Below the pieces are notes generated by a model. The model saw only the letters and a list, made by a program, of their open reading frames with translations. It did no database searches and had not been told where the DNA came from. From assembly GCA_020848835.1 (NCBI GenBank), contig JADLHJ010000061.1, forward strand, positions 29,456 through 93,455: a stretch of DNA of 64,000 nt, written 5' to 3'. This DNA comes from Candidatus Hydrogenedentota bacterium. GTDB taxonomy: Bacteria > Hydrogenedentota > Hydrogenedentia > Hydrogenedentales > SLHB01. The number at the start of each line of letters is the position of its first letter. Position 1 is the stretch's first letter. Both the position numbers and the translations under genes were made by a program. This document shows positions 9,179-17,991 of the stretch, in pieces.

Positions 9179-10492
9179 ATGAGCGATTGCACTTCTACAC
9201 AAACTTCCCGCAGGGACTTTATGCGTGTGGCGGGAACAGCCGCCGCGGCCGCTGCGACGACGCGGATATTGGCGGCGAACAGCGTGTACGCCGCGGAGAA
9301 TGGAGTGTTGCGGGTCGGCTTGTCGGGGTGCGGCGGGCGCGGGACGGGGGCGGCGCGGCAGGCCTTGATGGCGGACCCGGACACGAAACTGGTCGCCCTG
9401 GGCGATTTGTTCGCGGACAAAATTGATGGAGCGCTGAACAATCTCAAGAGCTACGGCCCGATTGCGGATCGTGTGCAGGTGGACGACGATCACAAGTTCA
9501 TCGGGTTCGATGCATATAAGAAGGTCATCGATTCGGTCGATGTGTTGGTGATGGCGGAGACGCCGGCGTTTCGTCCGATGATTTTGCGGCACGCAATAGA
9601 GCAGGGCAAGCATTGTTTCGTGGAGAAGCCTATCGCGGTGGATCCGTCGGGCGTGCGGTCCGTGTTGGAAAGCTGCGAGATGGCGAAGGGGAAAAATCTC
9701 GCGGTCGTCTCCGGTCTTTGTTACCGCTACAGCTTTTCCAAGCGCGAAATCCTGAAGCGCATCCACGACGGCGAGATCGGCGACATCATCGCGATGGAAA
9801 CGAAATACAACACGGGCACGCCGTGGCAACCGAAGGACCGCCTGCCGGAGTGGAGCGACATGGAATACCAGTGCCGCAATTGGTATTTCTACGATTGGCT
9901 TTCGGGCGACTTCAACGTCGAGCAGCACATCCACAGCCTCGACAAGCTGGCCTGGTCGATGAACGATGTGACGCCCGTGAAAGTGTGGGCAAACGGCGGA
10001 CGCGCGGTGCGCACGGCGGAGAAGTACGGCAACATCTACGATCACTTCAACGCCGTGTACGAATATGCGAACGGCGTGCGCGCGTACAGCTCCTGCCGTC
10101 AGTGGGACAACACGGACACGGACGTGAACGATCACATCATGGGCACGAAAGGCATCGCGCATCTGCAGGATCACAAGATCGAATTCCGCGACGGCAAGAC
10201 CTGGCAGCACGAACAAAAAGAAAAAGACGACATGTACCAGAACGAGCACGACGCGTTTTTCGCGTGCATTCGCAAGGGCGAGCCGATTAACAACGGCGAG
10301 TACATGTGCAAGAGCACGATGATGGGTATCGCCGCGCGCATGGCCGCGTACACGGGCCGGATCCTGACCTGGGACGAAGTGTGGAACAGCCCCTACAGCG
10401 CAATGCCGGAAAAGCTGGAATTCGGGCCGATTGCGCTGCCCGCGCTGGCGCGTCCGGGTGAGACCAAGCTGCCCTTCGCCGCAAAAGCGTAA
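9179..10492 (+). CDS. Gfo/Idh/MocA family NAD(P)-dependent oxidoreductase with Tat signal peptide.
   Basis: SRRDFMRVAGTAAAAAA Tat motif. Rossmann motif GLSGCGGRGTG. ...EKP... and the family-typical C-terminal alpha/beta domain. Confidence 0.85.
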   Translation: MSDCTSTQTSRRDFMRVAGTAAAAAATTRILAANSVYAAENGVLRVGLSGCGGRGTGAARQALMADPDTKLVALGDLFADKIDGALNNLKSYGPIADRVQVDDDHKFIGFDAYKKVIDSVDVLVMAETPAFRPMILRHAIEQGKHCFVEKPIAVDPSGVRSVLESCEMAKGKNLAVVSGLCYRYSFSKREILKRIHDGEIGDIIAMETKYNTGTPWQPKDRLPEWSDMEYQCRNWYFYDWLSGDFNVEQHIHSLDKLAWSMNDVTPVKVWANGGRAVRTAEKYGNIYDHFNAVYEYANGVRAYSSCRQWDNTDTDVNDHIMGTKGIAHLQDHKIEFRDGKTWQHEQKEKDDMYQNEHDAFFACIRKGEPINNGEYMCKSTMMGIAARMAAYTGRILTWDEVWNSPYSAMPEKLEFGPIALPALARPGETKLPFAAKA

Positions 10493-10511
10493 GGTATTTC
10501 GGAACAAATTT

Positions 10512-10545
10512 GAGGGCCGTGGCGCGCCACGGCCCTCTTCTTTTC
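10512..10545 (+). terminator. Rho-independent terminator: perfect 13-bp palindromic GC-rich stem followed by a T-tract.
   Basis: GAGGGCCGTGGCG|CGCCACGGCCCTC followed by TTCTTTTC, 20 nt after the stop of the 9179..10492 gene. Confidence 0.6.
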
Positions 10546-10702
10546 GCCCGGCAATTTTCGCGCGGATTTGATATACTATTTCCGCTAGTTACGGGGGACG
10601 GTTCGCGTGATGGGGAACACGCGCCGCGAACTTGATGGGGGTATTTGTCCTTCCAATTCTTCATTCTTGAAAAGCCAAGCAACCAGAGGGGGAATTCTGG
10701 TC

Positions 10703-11533
10703 ATGGGTAAGATCGGTATTGGGATCAATCTCGAATTCGTGCGGCACGAGGACAAGCCCTTCGAGTGGGGCGTCGAGAAGGCCGCGGAACTCGGCTACGA
10801 GTATGTCGAGCCGATGGTGCATCTCGGCCGCGAACTCCTGAGCGAGGCCGGCTACTTCCACAGCGTTTCGATGCTCGACGATCCGTATCGCGTGAAGCGT
10901 GCCTGCGAGAAGGTAGGTGTGAAGTTGTCGGGGTTCAGCGCGCATTGTCCCCTGTGCAAACCAGAGATCAGCACAGAGTATCTCAAACAGGCGATCCGCT
11001 TCGCGGCGGAGGCGGGCGCGCCGGTCTGCAACACGGACGAAGGCCCAAAACCGAAGTGGACGACCGTCGAAGAAGATCATGTGCTAATGCGATACGTACT
11101 GCGCGAGGCGAGCTATCTCGCGGAATCGCGCGGTATCCTCATCGGCATCGAGCCGCACCAGCAATACAGCAAACATCCCGACGGGCTCGACCGCATCTAC
11201 AACCTCGTGCAAAGCATGGCCATTGGTATCAACTTCGACACGGGCAACAGCTTTCTTTGCGGGCACGATCCATACGAATGGTTGGAGCGCGTCAAAGATC
11301 GGTTGGTCCACCTGCACGCGAAGGACATCTCAGTGCAACAGGCTGGGCAAGAACGAGGCAAGGTTACCGGCACGCCGGTGGGATGCGCCTGCGGCGACGG
11401 CGTGATCGACTGGAAGCGCGTCATCGAGATCGTCAAGACCGCCCCACGCGATATTGTGTTATCGGTCGAGTGCGGCACGGTGGAGCAAGGTAAGCGGAGC
11501 ATTGCGCATCTGAACGCGATACTTGGACGATAG
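10703..11533 (+). CDS. Sugar phosphate isomerase/epimerase (xylose isomerase-like TIM barrel).
   Basis: ATG at 10703 with RBS AGAGGGGG. The 10607 start in the ORF track adds an unlikely N-terminal extension. Sequence such as GIEPHQ...INFDTGN...HLHAKD is typical of AP-endonuclease-2/xylose-isomerase-like TIM barrels. Confidence 0.8.
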   Translation: MGKIGIGINLEFVRHEDKPFEWGVEKAAELGYEYVEPMVHLGRELLSEAGYFHSVSMLDDPYRVKRACEKVGVKLSGFSAHCPLCKPEISTEYLKQAIRFAAEAGAPVCNTDEGPKPKWTTVEEDHVLMRYVLREASYLAESRGILIGIEPHQQYSKHPDGLDRIYNLVQSMAIGINFDTGNSFLCGHDPYEWLERVKDRLVHLHAKDISVQQAGQERGKVTGTPVGCACGDGVIDWKRVIEIVKTAPRDIVLSVECGTVEQGKRSIAHLNAILGR

Positions 11534-11544
11534 GAGGAGCGGGC

Positions 11545-12480
11545 ATGTCGCGATTTACGGCTAGTGTTATCATCGCGCTGATCGTATTCGCGGGATTGGA
11601 CAGTGCAGCGGAATTGTCGCTGGTTTCGACAGGCGATAATGTTGGCTTGTATACACATAACCCAAATCGGGCGGCGCTACTTTATGTGTTTGGTAAGGAC
11701 CAATTCAAACCTTACGCGCAAGAGTTGTACACGCCGAATCGTGTCAACATCCTGCGCGATGCGCCTTCTGACCACTTGCATCATCACGGACTCATGTTTG
11801 CCATTCGGGTAAATGGCGTTAATTTTTGGGAAGAACGCGACAACCCGGGCAAGCAGAAAGTAGTTCCCGGAAAACTCGCAAGTGTTTCCAAGTCCGTACC
11901 AGGGGAAGGTATTACTGAATCGCTTGAATGGATCGGCCCCGGCGACAATGGCGTCATACTCAATGAAACGCGCACAATCGTCGCGCACCAAGTAGACGAT
12001 ACACCGGTCACGCTGCTCTCATGGCAATCGGTCCTGCACGACATCGACGGCAAGCCTGAGCCGAAATTTCACGGCACGAACTACAACGGCCTTGGCATGC
12101 GCTTTCTCGAATCCATGGACAAGGGCGGATCGTTCTTCAATGCCGACGGTGCTACGGGCGTGGCGGGCACGGTGGGCTCGAAATCGAATTGGTGTGCGTA
12201 CACAGCAAGTGCCGATGGAAAACCGGTGACGGTGGCGATGTTCGATCATCCAACGAATGAGCGGCATCCTGCGACGTGGTACACGATGGACACGCCGTTT
12301 GCGTATTTGTCGGCGACGCTTGCGCTGGACAAAGAACCGCTGCAAAAAAAGGACCTCACGCTCACCTATGGCGTTGCGGCCTGGGATGGGACGAAAACAA
12401 AAGAAGAAGTTGAGGAGATGTATCAACGCTGGTTGAAGCTTGTGGAACCGCTTGTTGCGTCCACGGCGCCGGCAAAATAG
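11545..12480 (+). CDS. Secreted hypothetical protein, possibly PmoA-like (DUF6807) family, as commonly co-located with Gfo/Idh/MocA oxidoreductases.
   Basis: N-terminal signal peptide MSRFTASVIIALIVFAGLDSAAE. HHHGLMFA motif. Sits within the oxidoreductase/isomerase operon. Family assignment is recalled from memory, not computed. Confidence 0.4.
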   Translation: MSRFTASVIIALIVFAGLDSAAELSLVSTGDNVGLYTHNPNRAALLYVFGKDQFKPYAQELYTPNRVNILRDAPSDHLHHHGLMFAIRVNGVNFWEERDNPGKQKVVPGKLASVSKSVPGEGITESLEWIGPGDNGVILNETRTIVAHQVDDTPVTLLSWQSVLHDIDGKPEPKFHGTNYNGLGMRFLESMDKGGSFFNADGATGVAGTVGSKSNWCAYTASADGKPVTVAMFDHPTNERHPATWYTMDTPFAYLSATLALDKEPLQKKDLTLTYGVAAWDGTKTKEEVEEMYQRWLKLVEPLVASTAPAK

Positions 12481-12496
12481 CTCCGGGGGGAGTGCT

Positions 12497-13792
12497 ATGA
12501 ACACAGAATCGAATTCGGTCAGGCCGACGCGCCGCAGCTTCATCTACACCGCCGGGGGAATGGCGGCGGGCACGGTGCTCTCGCAGTTCGCGTTGGGACA
12601 AACGCCGGTGGGTGCGAACGATCGCATTGGCGTGGGGTTCCTCGGTTGCGGCGGGCGCGGCTCGTATCACGCCAAGGAACTTGCGGGCATGCGCGATCGC
12701 GGCGAGGCGATTGAACTCGTTGCCGCATGCGACACGTATCGTCCGCGCATGAACGCGCTGGCGGCGAAGCAAAATCTAAAAGCGTATTGGGCGCAGCAGG
12801 AATTGCTCGCGGATGCAAATGTGGACGTCGTGTGTATCGCCACGCCGGATCATATTCACGGACAGCAGGCAATTGACGCGGTACACGCTGGAAAAGACGT
12901 GTATTGCGAGAAGCCGTTTACGCATTGGCGGCAGCTCGAATTGACGAAGACGGCCTGCGACGAAATTGGCAAATCGGACCGCGTGTTTCAACTCGGCACG
13001 CAAGGGTTGTCCGATCCCGTGTGGCACGAGATGGCGAAATTCATCAAAGACGGATTGATCGGCCAACCGATTCATGCGGAGTGCGGGTACTTTCGCGTAG
13101 GCGACTGGGGCGAACGGGGGATGCCCATCGACGATCCGAATGTGAAACCGGGCGACAATTTGAATTGGGACGCATTTCTCGGCGACGCGCCGAAGCGCGA
13201 TTTCGATGCGAGCCGTTATTTTCGTTGGCGCATGTATGAAGACTACAGCGGCGGACCCGTGACGGATCTGTTTCCGCATTCGCTGACCCCCGTGGTTTAC
13301 ATGCTGAACATCGGCGTGCCGTCGCAGGCCGTGGGTCTCGGCGGGATTTATCGTTATCCTGAGCGTGAGGTGCCGGACACGTTCAACATGCTGCTCGATT
13401 ACCCGGAGAAGTTGACGCTTGCCGTACTGGGCACGCAGGGCAACAACATGCAAGGGGCGCATGGCCGCGGTGCGGGCGGGCGTTGTCCGCACCTTCGCGG
13501 ATGGGACGGCACCCTCACCGTGATGCCAAACCGCGACACGAAACTGGACGAGATCGTGTTCACGCCCGCGGAAGGCGCGAAGAAGGACGCAGTGCGCATT
13601 CGTGTCGAAGGACACGAGAGCGTGCCGGACCATTGGAAAAATCTGCTCGATTGCATGCGTTCGCGCGAGAAACCGCACAGCTCGATCGACTTGGCGTATC
13701 GCGTGCAGACCGCGCTCCAAATGGCGGCGCACGCCACGCGAAACGGGAAGACAGCGAAGTATGACGCGAATGCGCGCGCGGTTGTCGTATAG
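12497..13792 (+). CDS. Gfo/Idh/MocA family oxidoreductase with Tat signal peptide.
   Basis: ATG at 12497 with GGGGGGAG RBS. TRRSFIYTAGGMAAG Tat motif. GFLGCGGRGSYH Rossmann motif. Confidence 0.85.
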   Translation: MNTESNSVRPTRRSFIYTAGGMAAGTVLSQFALGQTPVGANDRIGVGFLGCGGRGSYHAKELAGMRDRGEAIELVAACDTYRPRMNALAAKQNLKAYWAQQELLADANVDVVCIATPDHIHGQQAIDAVHAGKDVYCEKPFTHWRQLELTKTACDEIGKSDRVFQLGTQGLSDPVWHEMAKFIKDGLIGQPIHAECGYFRVGDWGERGMPIDDPNVKPGDNLNWDAFLGDAPKRDFDASRYFRWRMYEDYSGGPVTDLFPHSLTPVVYMLNIGVPSQAVGLGGIYRYPEREVPDTFNMLLDYPEKLTLAVLGTQGNNMQGAHGRGAGGRCPHLRGWDGTLTVMPNRDTKLDEIVFTPAEGAKKDAVRIRVEGHESVPDHWKNLLDCMRSREKPHSSIDLAYRVQTALQMAAHATRNGKTAKYDANARAVVV

Positions 13793-13850
13793 GGAGGAGA
13801 TTATCTAAATAATCTCAAGCATATTGCTTAATCGCAACAGACTCCACAAA

Positions 13851-13935
13851 TGTCATTCCGAGCGGTAGCAAGGAATCTGGAATAGCACGCAGACTATTTC
13901 CCCTTCCAGATTCCTCGCTACCGCTCGGAATGACA
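13851..13935. repeat. Long inverted repeat: 30-bp arms (29/30 complementary) with a 25-nt loop, between convergent genes. Candidate bidirectional terminator or REP/MITE-like palindromic element.
   Basis: Left arm TGTCATTCCGAGCGGTAGCAAGGAATCTGG (13851..13880). Right arm CCAGATTCCTCGCTACCGCTCGGAATGACA (13906..13935). Verified by hand reverse-complementing. Confidence 0.7.
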
Positions 13936-13960
13936 TCTCTTGCGGGTTAATACGGAGAAA

Positions 13961-15421
13961 CTACTTTCCGCCTTTACGAAGTAAGGTCTGTAATTTTGCA
14001 ACTATCGATGCGTGGTTCACTTCGTTTGTGAGGTTTTTCATTTCGGCGGGATCGCTCTCGTGATCGTACAACTCGACGCCTGCGCGGCCTTCGTCCCACT
14101 CGGTATAGCGGTACCGTTCGGTGCGGACGCTGCGACCCATGAAATCTTTTCCGTCGATCTTGCGCGTCACTTGCGAATAGGCTGCGTGGTCCCACTGCGC
14201 TTCTGGTTTCTGCACCAGCGGTTTCATGCTGTGGCCTTCGGTGCGCAAATCTGCGTTGATACCGCAGAGATCGGTGAGCGTCTTGTGCAGCGATACCAAT
14301 TCTACGGGCCGCGTGCAGTCCTTTCCATTCGCGCTATTATTCGGGACCGATATGATGAGGGGCACGCGCGCGGATTCCTCAAAGATGCTCATCTTTTGCC
14401 ATAGATTTTTCTCGCCGAGGTGGTACCCGTGATCGCCGTGAAATATGACGATGGTGTTATCCGTTAGTTTGTGTCGATCCAGTGCATCGAGCAATTGCCC
14501 GACTTGCACGTCCATGAAAGTCGTTGCTGCGGAGTAGGCCTGAGTCGCGGCGCGCTTGAGATCGTCGCTCATGGCAAGCTGCATGGGTTTTTGTGTGGCC
14601 AGCGCCGCTGCCGGAAACAAATCCTTGTTGTTGGGCGCAACCTCGGGCACCTTGATCGCCTCGCGCGGATACATGTCGTAATACTTCTTCGGAGCGATGT
14701 ACGGTGTGTGCGGGCGGAAGAAGCCAACGGCGAGATAGAATGGTTTGTCTTCCTTTGCGCGTGCTTCAAGCATTTCGATCGCGGTGCCCGCGATCTTTCC
14801 GTCCGTCTGGTCCGAATCGACACCGTCGGACGCCAACCAGCTCAACGTGCCGCCGGTATCCTCCAGTTTTTTACCGGTGACGGTGCGCGCATTACCGTCC
14901 GGCCCAAGTTCGAGCACTTCGACGATTCCGATGTCATCGATATCGCGTCCCTTCGGATTGATTCGCTGTTCCCATGATGTGGGATCATCAAGACCATCAG
15001 TGCCGATCTGGCGGGGCACGCCGTAGTGATAGATCTTCCCTACGCGCGCAGTGCTGTAACCGGCTTTCTGAAAACTTTGCGCGATTGTCACTGCGTCGTG
15101 GATTTCATCACGGAAATGTTTTTGATTGTCGTATAGCTTGAGTGTGTCCGGGCGCAGGCCCGTCATAAATGATGCGCGGCTGGGGTTGCAGAGCGGGAAC
15201 TGGCAATACGCATTTTGGAATTGCACGCCGCGCGCCGCGAGGCGATCGATGTTGGGCGATTTTACCATTGGATCGCCGTAACAGCCGAGGTGGTTGCAAA
15301 GATCGTCGGAGATAATGTGCAGCACATTCATCCGCTTTTGCGCAGCGTTAGCAGAAATCGCCGCCGTTGCGCATAGTGCTGCTGCCGAGCCGAGAAACTG
15401 TCGCCGATCCATGCTTTTCAT
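13961..15421 (-). CDS. Arylsulfatase-family sulfatase (formylglycine-dependent) with Tat signal peptide.
   Basis: CNPSRASFMTGL C-x-P-S-R formylglycine signature. Start refined to MKSMDRRQFLGSAAALCATAA (twin-arginine motif). The ORF track's 15691 start adds 90 unlikely residues. Confidence 0.85.
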   Translation of the reverse strand: MKSMDRRQFLGSAAALCATAAISANAAQKRMNVLHIISDDLCNHLGCYGDPMVKSPNIDRLAARGVQFQNAYCQFPLCNPSRASFMTGLRPDTLKLYDNQKHFRDEIHDAVTIAQSFQKAGYSTARVGKIYHYGVPRQIGTDGLDDPTSWEQRINPKGRDIDDIGIVEVLELGPDGNARTVTGKKLEDTGGTLSWLASDGVDSDQTDGKIAGTAIEMLEARAKEDKPFYLAVGFFRPHTPYIAPKKYYDMYPREAIKVPEVAPNNKDLFPAAALATQKPMQLAMSDDLKRAATQAYSAATTFMDVQVGQLLDALDRHKLTDNTIVIFHGDHGYHLGEKNLWQKMSIFEESARVPLIISVPNNSANGKDCTRPVELVSLHKTLTDLCGINADLRTEGHSMKPLVQKPEAQWDHAAYSQVTRKIDGKDFMGRSVRTERYRYTEWDEGRAGVELYDHESDPAEMKNLTNEVNHASIVAKLQTLLRKGGK

Positions 15422-15536
15422 AGTTGTCGTCCCCATGCATGTTTGCCCTTTGCAGTGGCGGCATCGTAACAAAGCGCATCCAAGAATGGTATATACTTTG
15501 AGGAGCGGTGGATCCGAACGAAATGGAGGGTGTGCC

Positions 15537-15704
15537 ATGAAACGCACCAAAGAAGTCTCCAAGAAGAAGCGCCTTTTTATTGACGAACTCGAACGACCGG
15601 CTATGGCATTGACGGTGACTACCGCAGCCAAATGCGAAGAAGGCGGCAAGTGGTGCTGGATGACGACCATGGCCGTTGGCGAAGAGAGCACGAAGGCCGT
15701 CTAG
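15537..15704 (+). CDS. Putative graspetide (omega-ester-containing RiPP, plesiocin-like) precursor peptide, 55 aa.
   Basis: ATG at 15537 with GGAGGG RBS 8 nt upstream. Sequence MKRTKEVSKKKRLFIDELERPAMALTVTTAAKCEEGGKWCWMTTMAVGEESTKAV: leader carries LFIDEL; core has two TTxxxxEE units. Lies immediately upstream of an ATP-grasp ligase gene. Hidden inside ORF-track frame 15294..15704. Confidence 0.6.
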   Translation: MKRTKEVSKKKRLFIDELERPAMALTVTTAAKCEEGGKWCWMTTMAVGEESTKAV

Positions 15705-15724
15705 TCCACCGTCATATCTCGCAG

Positions 15725-16639
15725 ATGGGCACGGTAATCATTGTCGGTGCGCCGCACGATCCTCAGGTCGCTCGCGTGCAAGACGAGATCCGGCTGCGAG
15801 GGGGGCGTTCGTTGCTGATCGACACCGACGCGTTTCCTGAAGAGGCAACGCTGTCTATGCGTGGTGCGGTGATCGATTACGAAGGACGTCCACTTCCAAA
15901 AGACATTTCGTCCGTGTATCTCCGCGCGCTGGGGGCCAATCCTCTTGCGCCGCGCTACAAAATGGATCTCAAGCATCGGACGCATGGGCTACTCGCACAG
16001 ATGGACGAGCGCCTCGCGCTACTGGCGTCGATTATTCTCACCCTGAAGAAGCGTGGTGTGCGCATTGTCAACGATCTGGAGGTCAACGCGCAGCATAGTC
16101 GCAAGCCCTATCAACTCTCGCTATTGAAGGAAGCTGGTTTGCGCGTTCCGCGTTTTGCTGCAACCAATGACCCGGAGACAGTTCTAAGTTTTGTGCGATC
16201 GGTAAAGCGAGCGGTCTACAAACCTGTTGGCGGCGGCGCTACGGTGCGTGCGGTGAACAAGCGCGATCTCACGCGCGCTCGCCTAGAATCGCTTGCACTT
16301 GCGCCGGTGCTGTTTCAAGAACGCGTGGACGGCGTGAGCCTGCGGGTATACGTCGTGGGCGGAAGTTGCGTTGCCTCGGCGGAGATTCATTCCTCGGAAC
16401 TCGACTATCGGCGAAAGGAGGATGCCGTCATCGCAACAGTATTGATCAAGGCCGAGCAGCGCGCATGCATCGATGCGGCGCGGGCGTGTTCGATGACGTT
16501 TTCGGGTGTCGATTTGATCCGGGGCGTGAACGGGTTTTACGTGCTCGAATGCAACCCTTCGCCGATGTTCGCTGTGTTTGAGAAGAAAACCGGTCTGGAC
16601 GTGGCAAAGCCTTTGGCGCGGTTTCTGCTCAAACGTTGA
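15725..16639 (+). CDS. RimK/MdnC-type ATP-grasp ligase (graspetide macrocyclase-like).
   Basis: N-terminus MGTVIIVGAPHDP...RSLLIDTDAFPEE parallels microviridin ligase MdnC (MTVLIVT...FRFDTDRFPTE). ATP-grasp core ...YKPVGGGATVRAV...LFQERVDGVSLRVYVVGG...LECNPSPMF. ATG at 15725. Confidence 0.75.
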   Translation: MGTVIIVGAPHDPQVARVQDEIRLRGGRSLLIDTDAFPEEATLSMRGAVIDYEGRPLPKDISSVYLRALGANPLAPRYKMDLKHRTHGLLAQMDERLALLASIILTLKKRGVRIVNDLEVNAQHSRKPYQLSLLKEAGLRVPRFAATNDPETVLSFVRSVKRAVYKPVGGGATVRAVNKRDLTRARLESLALAPVLFQERVDGVSLRVYVVGGSCVASAEIHSSELDYRRKEDAVIATVLIKAEQRACIDAARACSMTFSGVDLIRGVNGFYVLECNPSPMFAVFEKKTGLDVAKPLARFLLKR

Positions 16640-16645
16640 CGCGCA

Positions 16646-17449
16646 TTAAGTACCCGCTTTTGAAATGCATTGGAAGGGTTTAGCCGTCTCTATGGCGGGC
16701 TCCGAATGCCCGACAGGATTCGCCTTCGCCTGTTCCAGCGACCCGTGTTTGGCGAGTTCTTCCTCGGTGAGCGTGCGGCGCATGGTGCCGAACAGCCAGT
16801 CCGCAAGTGGCAACAGAAAATTCACGTTGGCTTCCATGTCCACATGGTGGATGTAGTGATGGACTTCCAAGAATTTGGACCATTTCTGCCGGGCAATCCA
16901 GGGGTGTAAATGCGGGTAGTGGATAACGTCATGCACGCGCACGAACAGATCGGAGACAATTGTGAGCGCGACGTAAAGCCCGATTAGGAAGGGGACACTA
17001 CCTGTAAGTAACCACGCCGGCAGGCAAATCGTGCAGGTGCCTAGCACCATGTAGAACGCGAAGTGGCTCAGCTTGACGGTCGCGTTGCCCAGCGGTGTGG
17101 TGTGCAGTTCGGAGACGTCACCACCGCCAATCGGATGCCGCCGGACCGGGCCGTTCGTAACGTAACGCCACGTTGGAAAAATTGCGCCGTGGTGTCCCTT
17201 GTGATGTATCTCGTATATGCGTCGTAAAAAAGGAATCACTACGCGGTGATAGACATAACGATGGACGAGCCACTCCCAGGGTGACGCGGCTATTGGCAAT
17301 GCCAGGACGCCCAGCCAGAACGAGATGCCCCAGCCTAAGCCATTGTCCGGCAAGAGCCGCACCGCGAATACAATGCTCGTGAGCACGGTGGTCAACAGCA
17401 GAAACATTGCAGCGACTCGCGGAAAAGAAATAGTGACTTGCGTCTTCAT
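16646..17449 (-). CDS. Fatty acid hydroxylase superfamily membrane protein (sterol desaturase-like).
   Basis: His boxes HRYVYH, HHKGHH and HHYIHH. Multiple TM helices. Confidence 0.7.
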   Translation of the reverse strand: MKTQVTISFPRVAAMFLLLTTVLTSIVFAVRLLPDNGLGWGISFWLGVLALPIAASPWEWLVHRYVYHRVVIPFLRRIYEIHHKGHHGAIFPTWRYVTNGPVRRHPIGGGDVSELHTTPLGNATVKLSHFAFYMVLGTCTICLPAWLLTGSVPFLIGLYVALTIVSDLFVRVHDVIHYPHLHPWIARQKWSKFLEVHHYIHHVDMEANVNFLLPLADWLFGTMRRTLTEEELAKHGSLEQAKANPVGHSEPAIETAKPFQCISKAGT

Positions 17450-17476
17450 GAATCCATCCCCCGATAGATTTGCGAT

Positions 17477-17833
17477 TTAGAACGCGTTGGATTTCCGTTC
17501 GTATTCCTGCCGCGCGCGGCGGAACTGCACCTGAATACCGGGATCGTAAGACGGGTCGTGGCTGGTGCGCCACATGTCAATGAGTTGGATGATGCGCATG
17601 TCGTACTGCGGCGTATAGTTGTTGATCAGATACATCAACTCGTTCTTGACGCGCATCGCCTTTCCGTCGCCGCCTTGTGCGCTCTTTGTCATCAACTCGC
17701 GCCGGCCCGCTTCAATCCGGTCACGAAATGCCTGATGGTCCTGCGTGGTTGCGTTCGACCCGCGAACTTTGCGTCTTGCCTCTTCGCGAATGCGCATCTT
17801 GAAGTCGGACTTTTTCATTGCTCCCATGGCCAA
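17477..17833 (-). CDS. Hypothetical protein (118 aa).
   Basis: ORF only; no recognisable motif. Confidence 0.4.
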   Translation of the reverse strand: MAMGAMKKSDFKMRIREEARRKVRGSNATTQDHQAFRDRIEAGRRELMTKSAQGGDGKAMRVKNELMYLINNYTPQYDMRIIQLIDMWRTSHDPSYDPGIQVQFRRARQEYERKSNAF

Positions 17834-17991
17834 GCTCCCATGTTGTGCGGTCCAGGATTATTATATGGCATTCCGGCCCTGTGTCGATCACTTGGTTCAA
17901 TCGTAGAATCTTGCGTGATATTCAGGGGTATGATAGCGTTTCCACCTGTATTTGTTTGGGGGATCGGCGCGGTTTTTCTAAGGAGTCGAGC

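Noticed and set aside
8951-10507. 518-aa minus-strand ORF
   Set aside because: Antisense to the motif-rich Tat Gfo/Idh/MocA gene. Arg/His-rich nonsense translation typical of high-GC antisense frames.
12776-13732. 318-aa minus-strand ORF
   Set aside because: Antisense to the second Gfo/Idh/MocA gene; no motifs; GC artefact.
15294-15704. 136-aa ORF as annotated in track
   Set aside because: The long N-terminal part overlaps the sulfatase start region and has no RBS. Only the last 55 codons (15537..15704), with their own RBS, look real (graspetide precursor).
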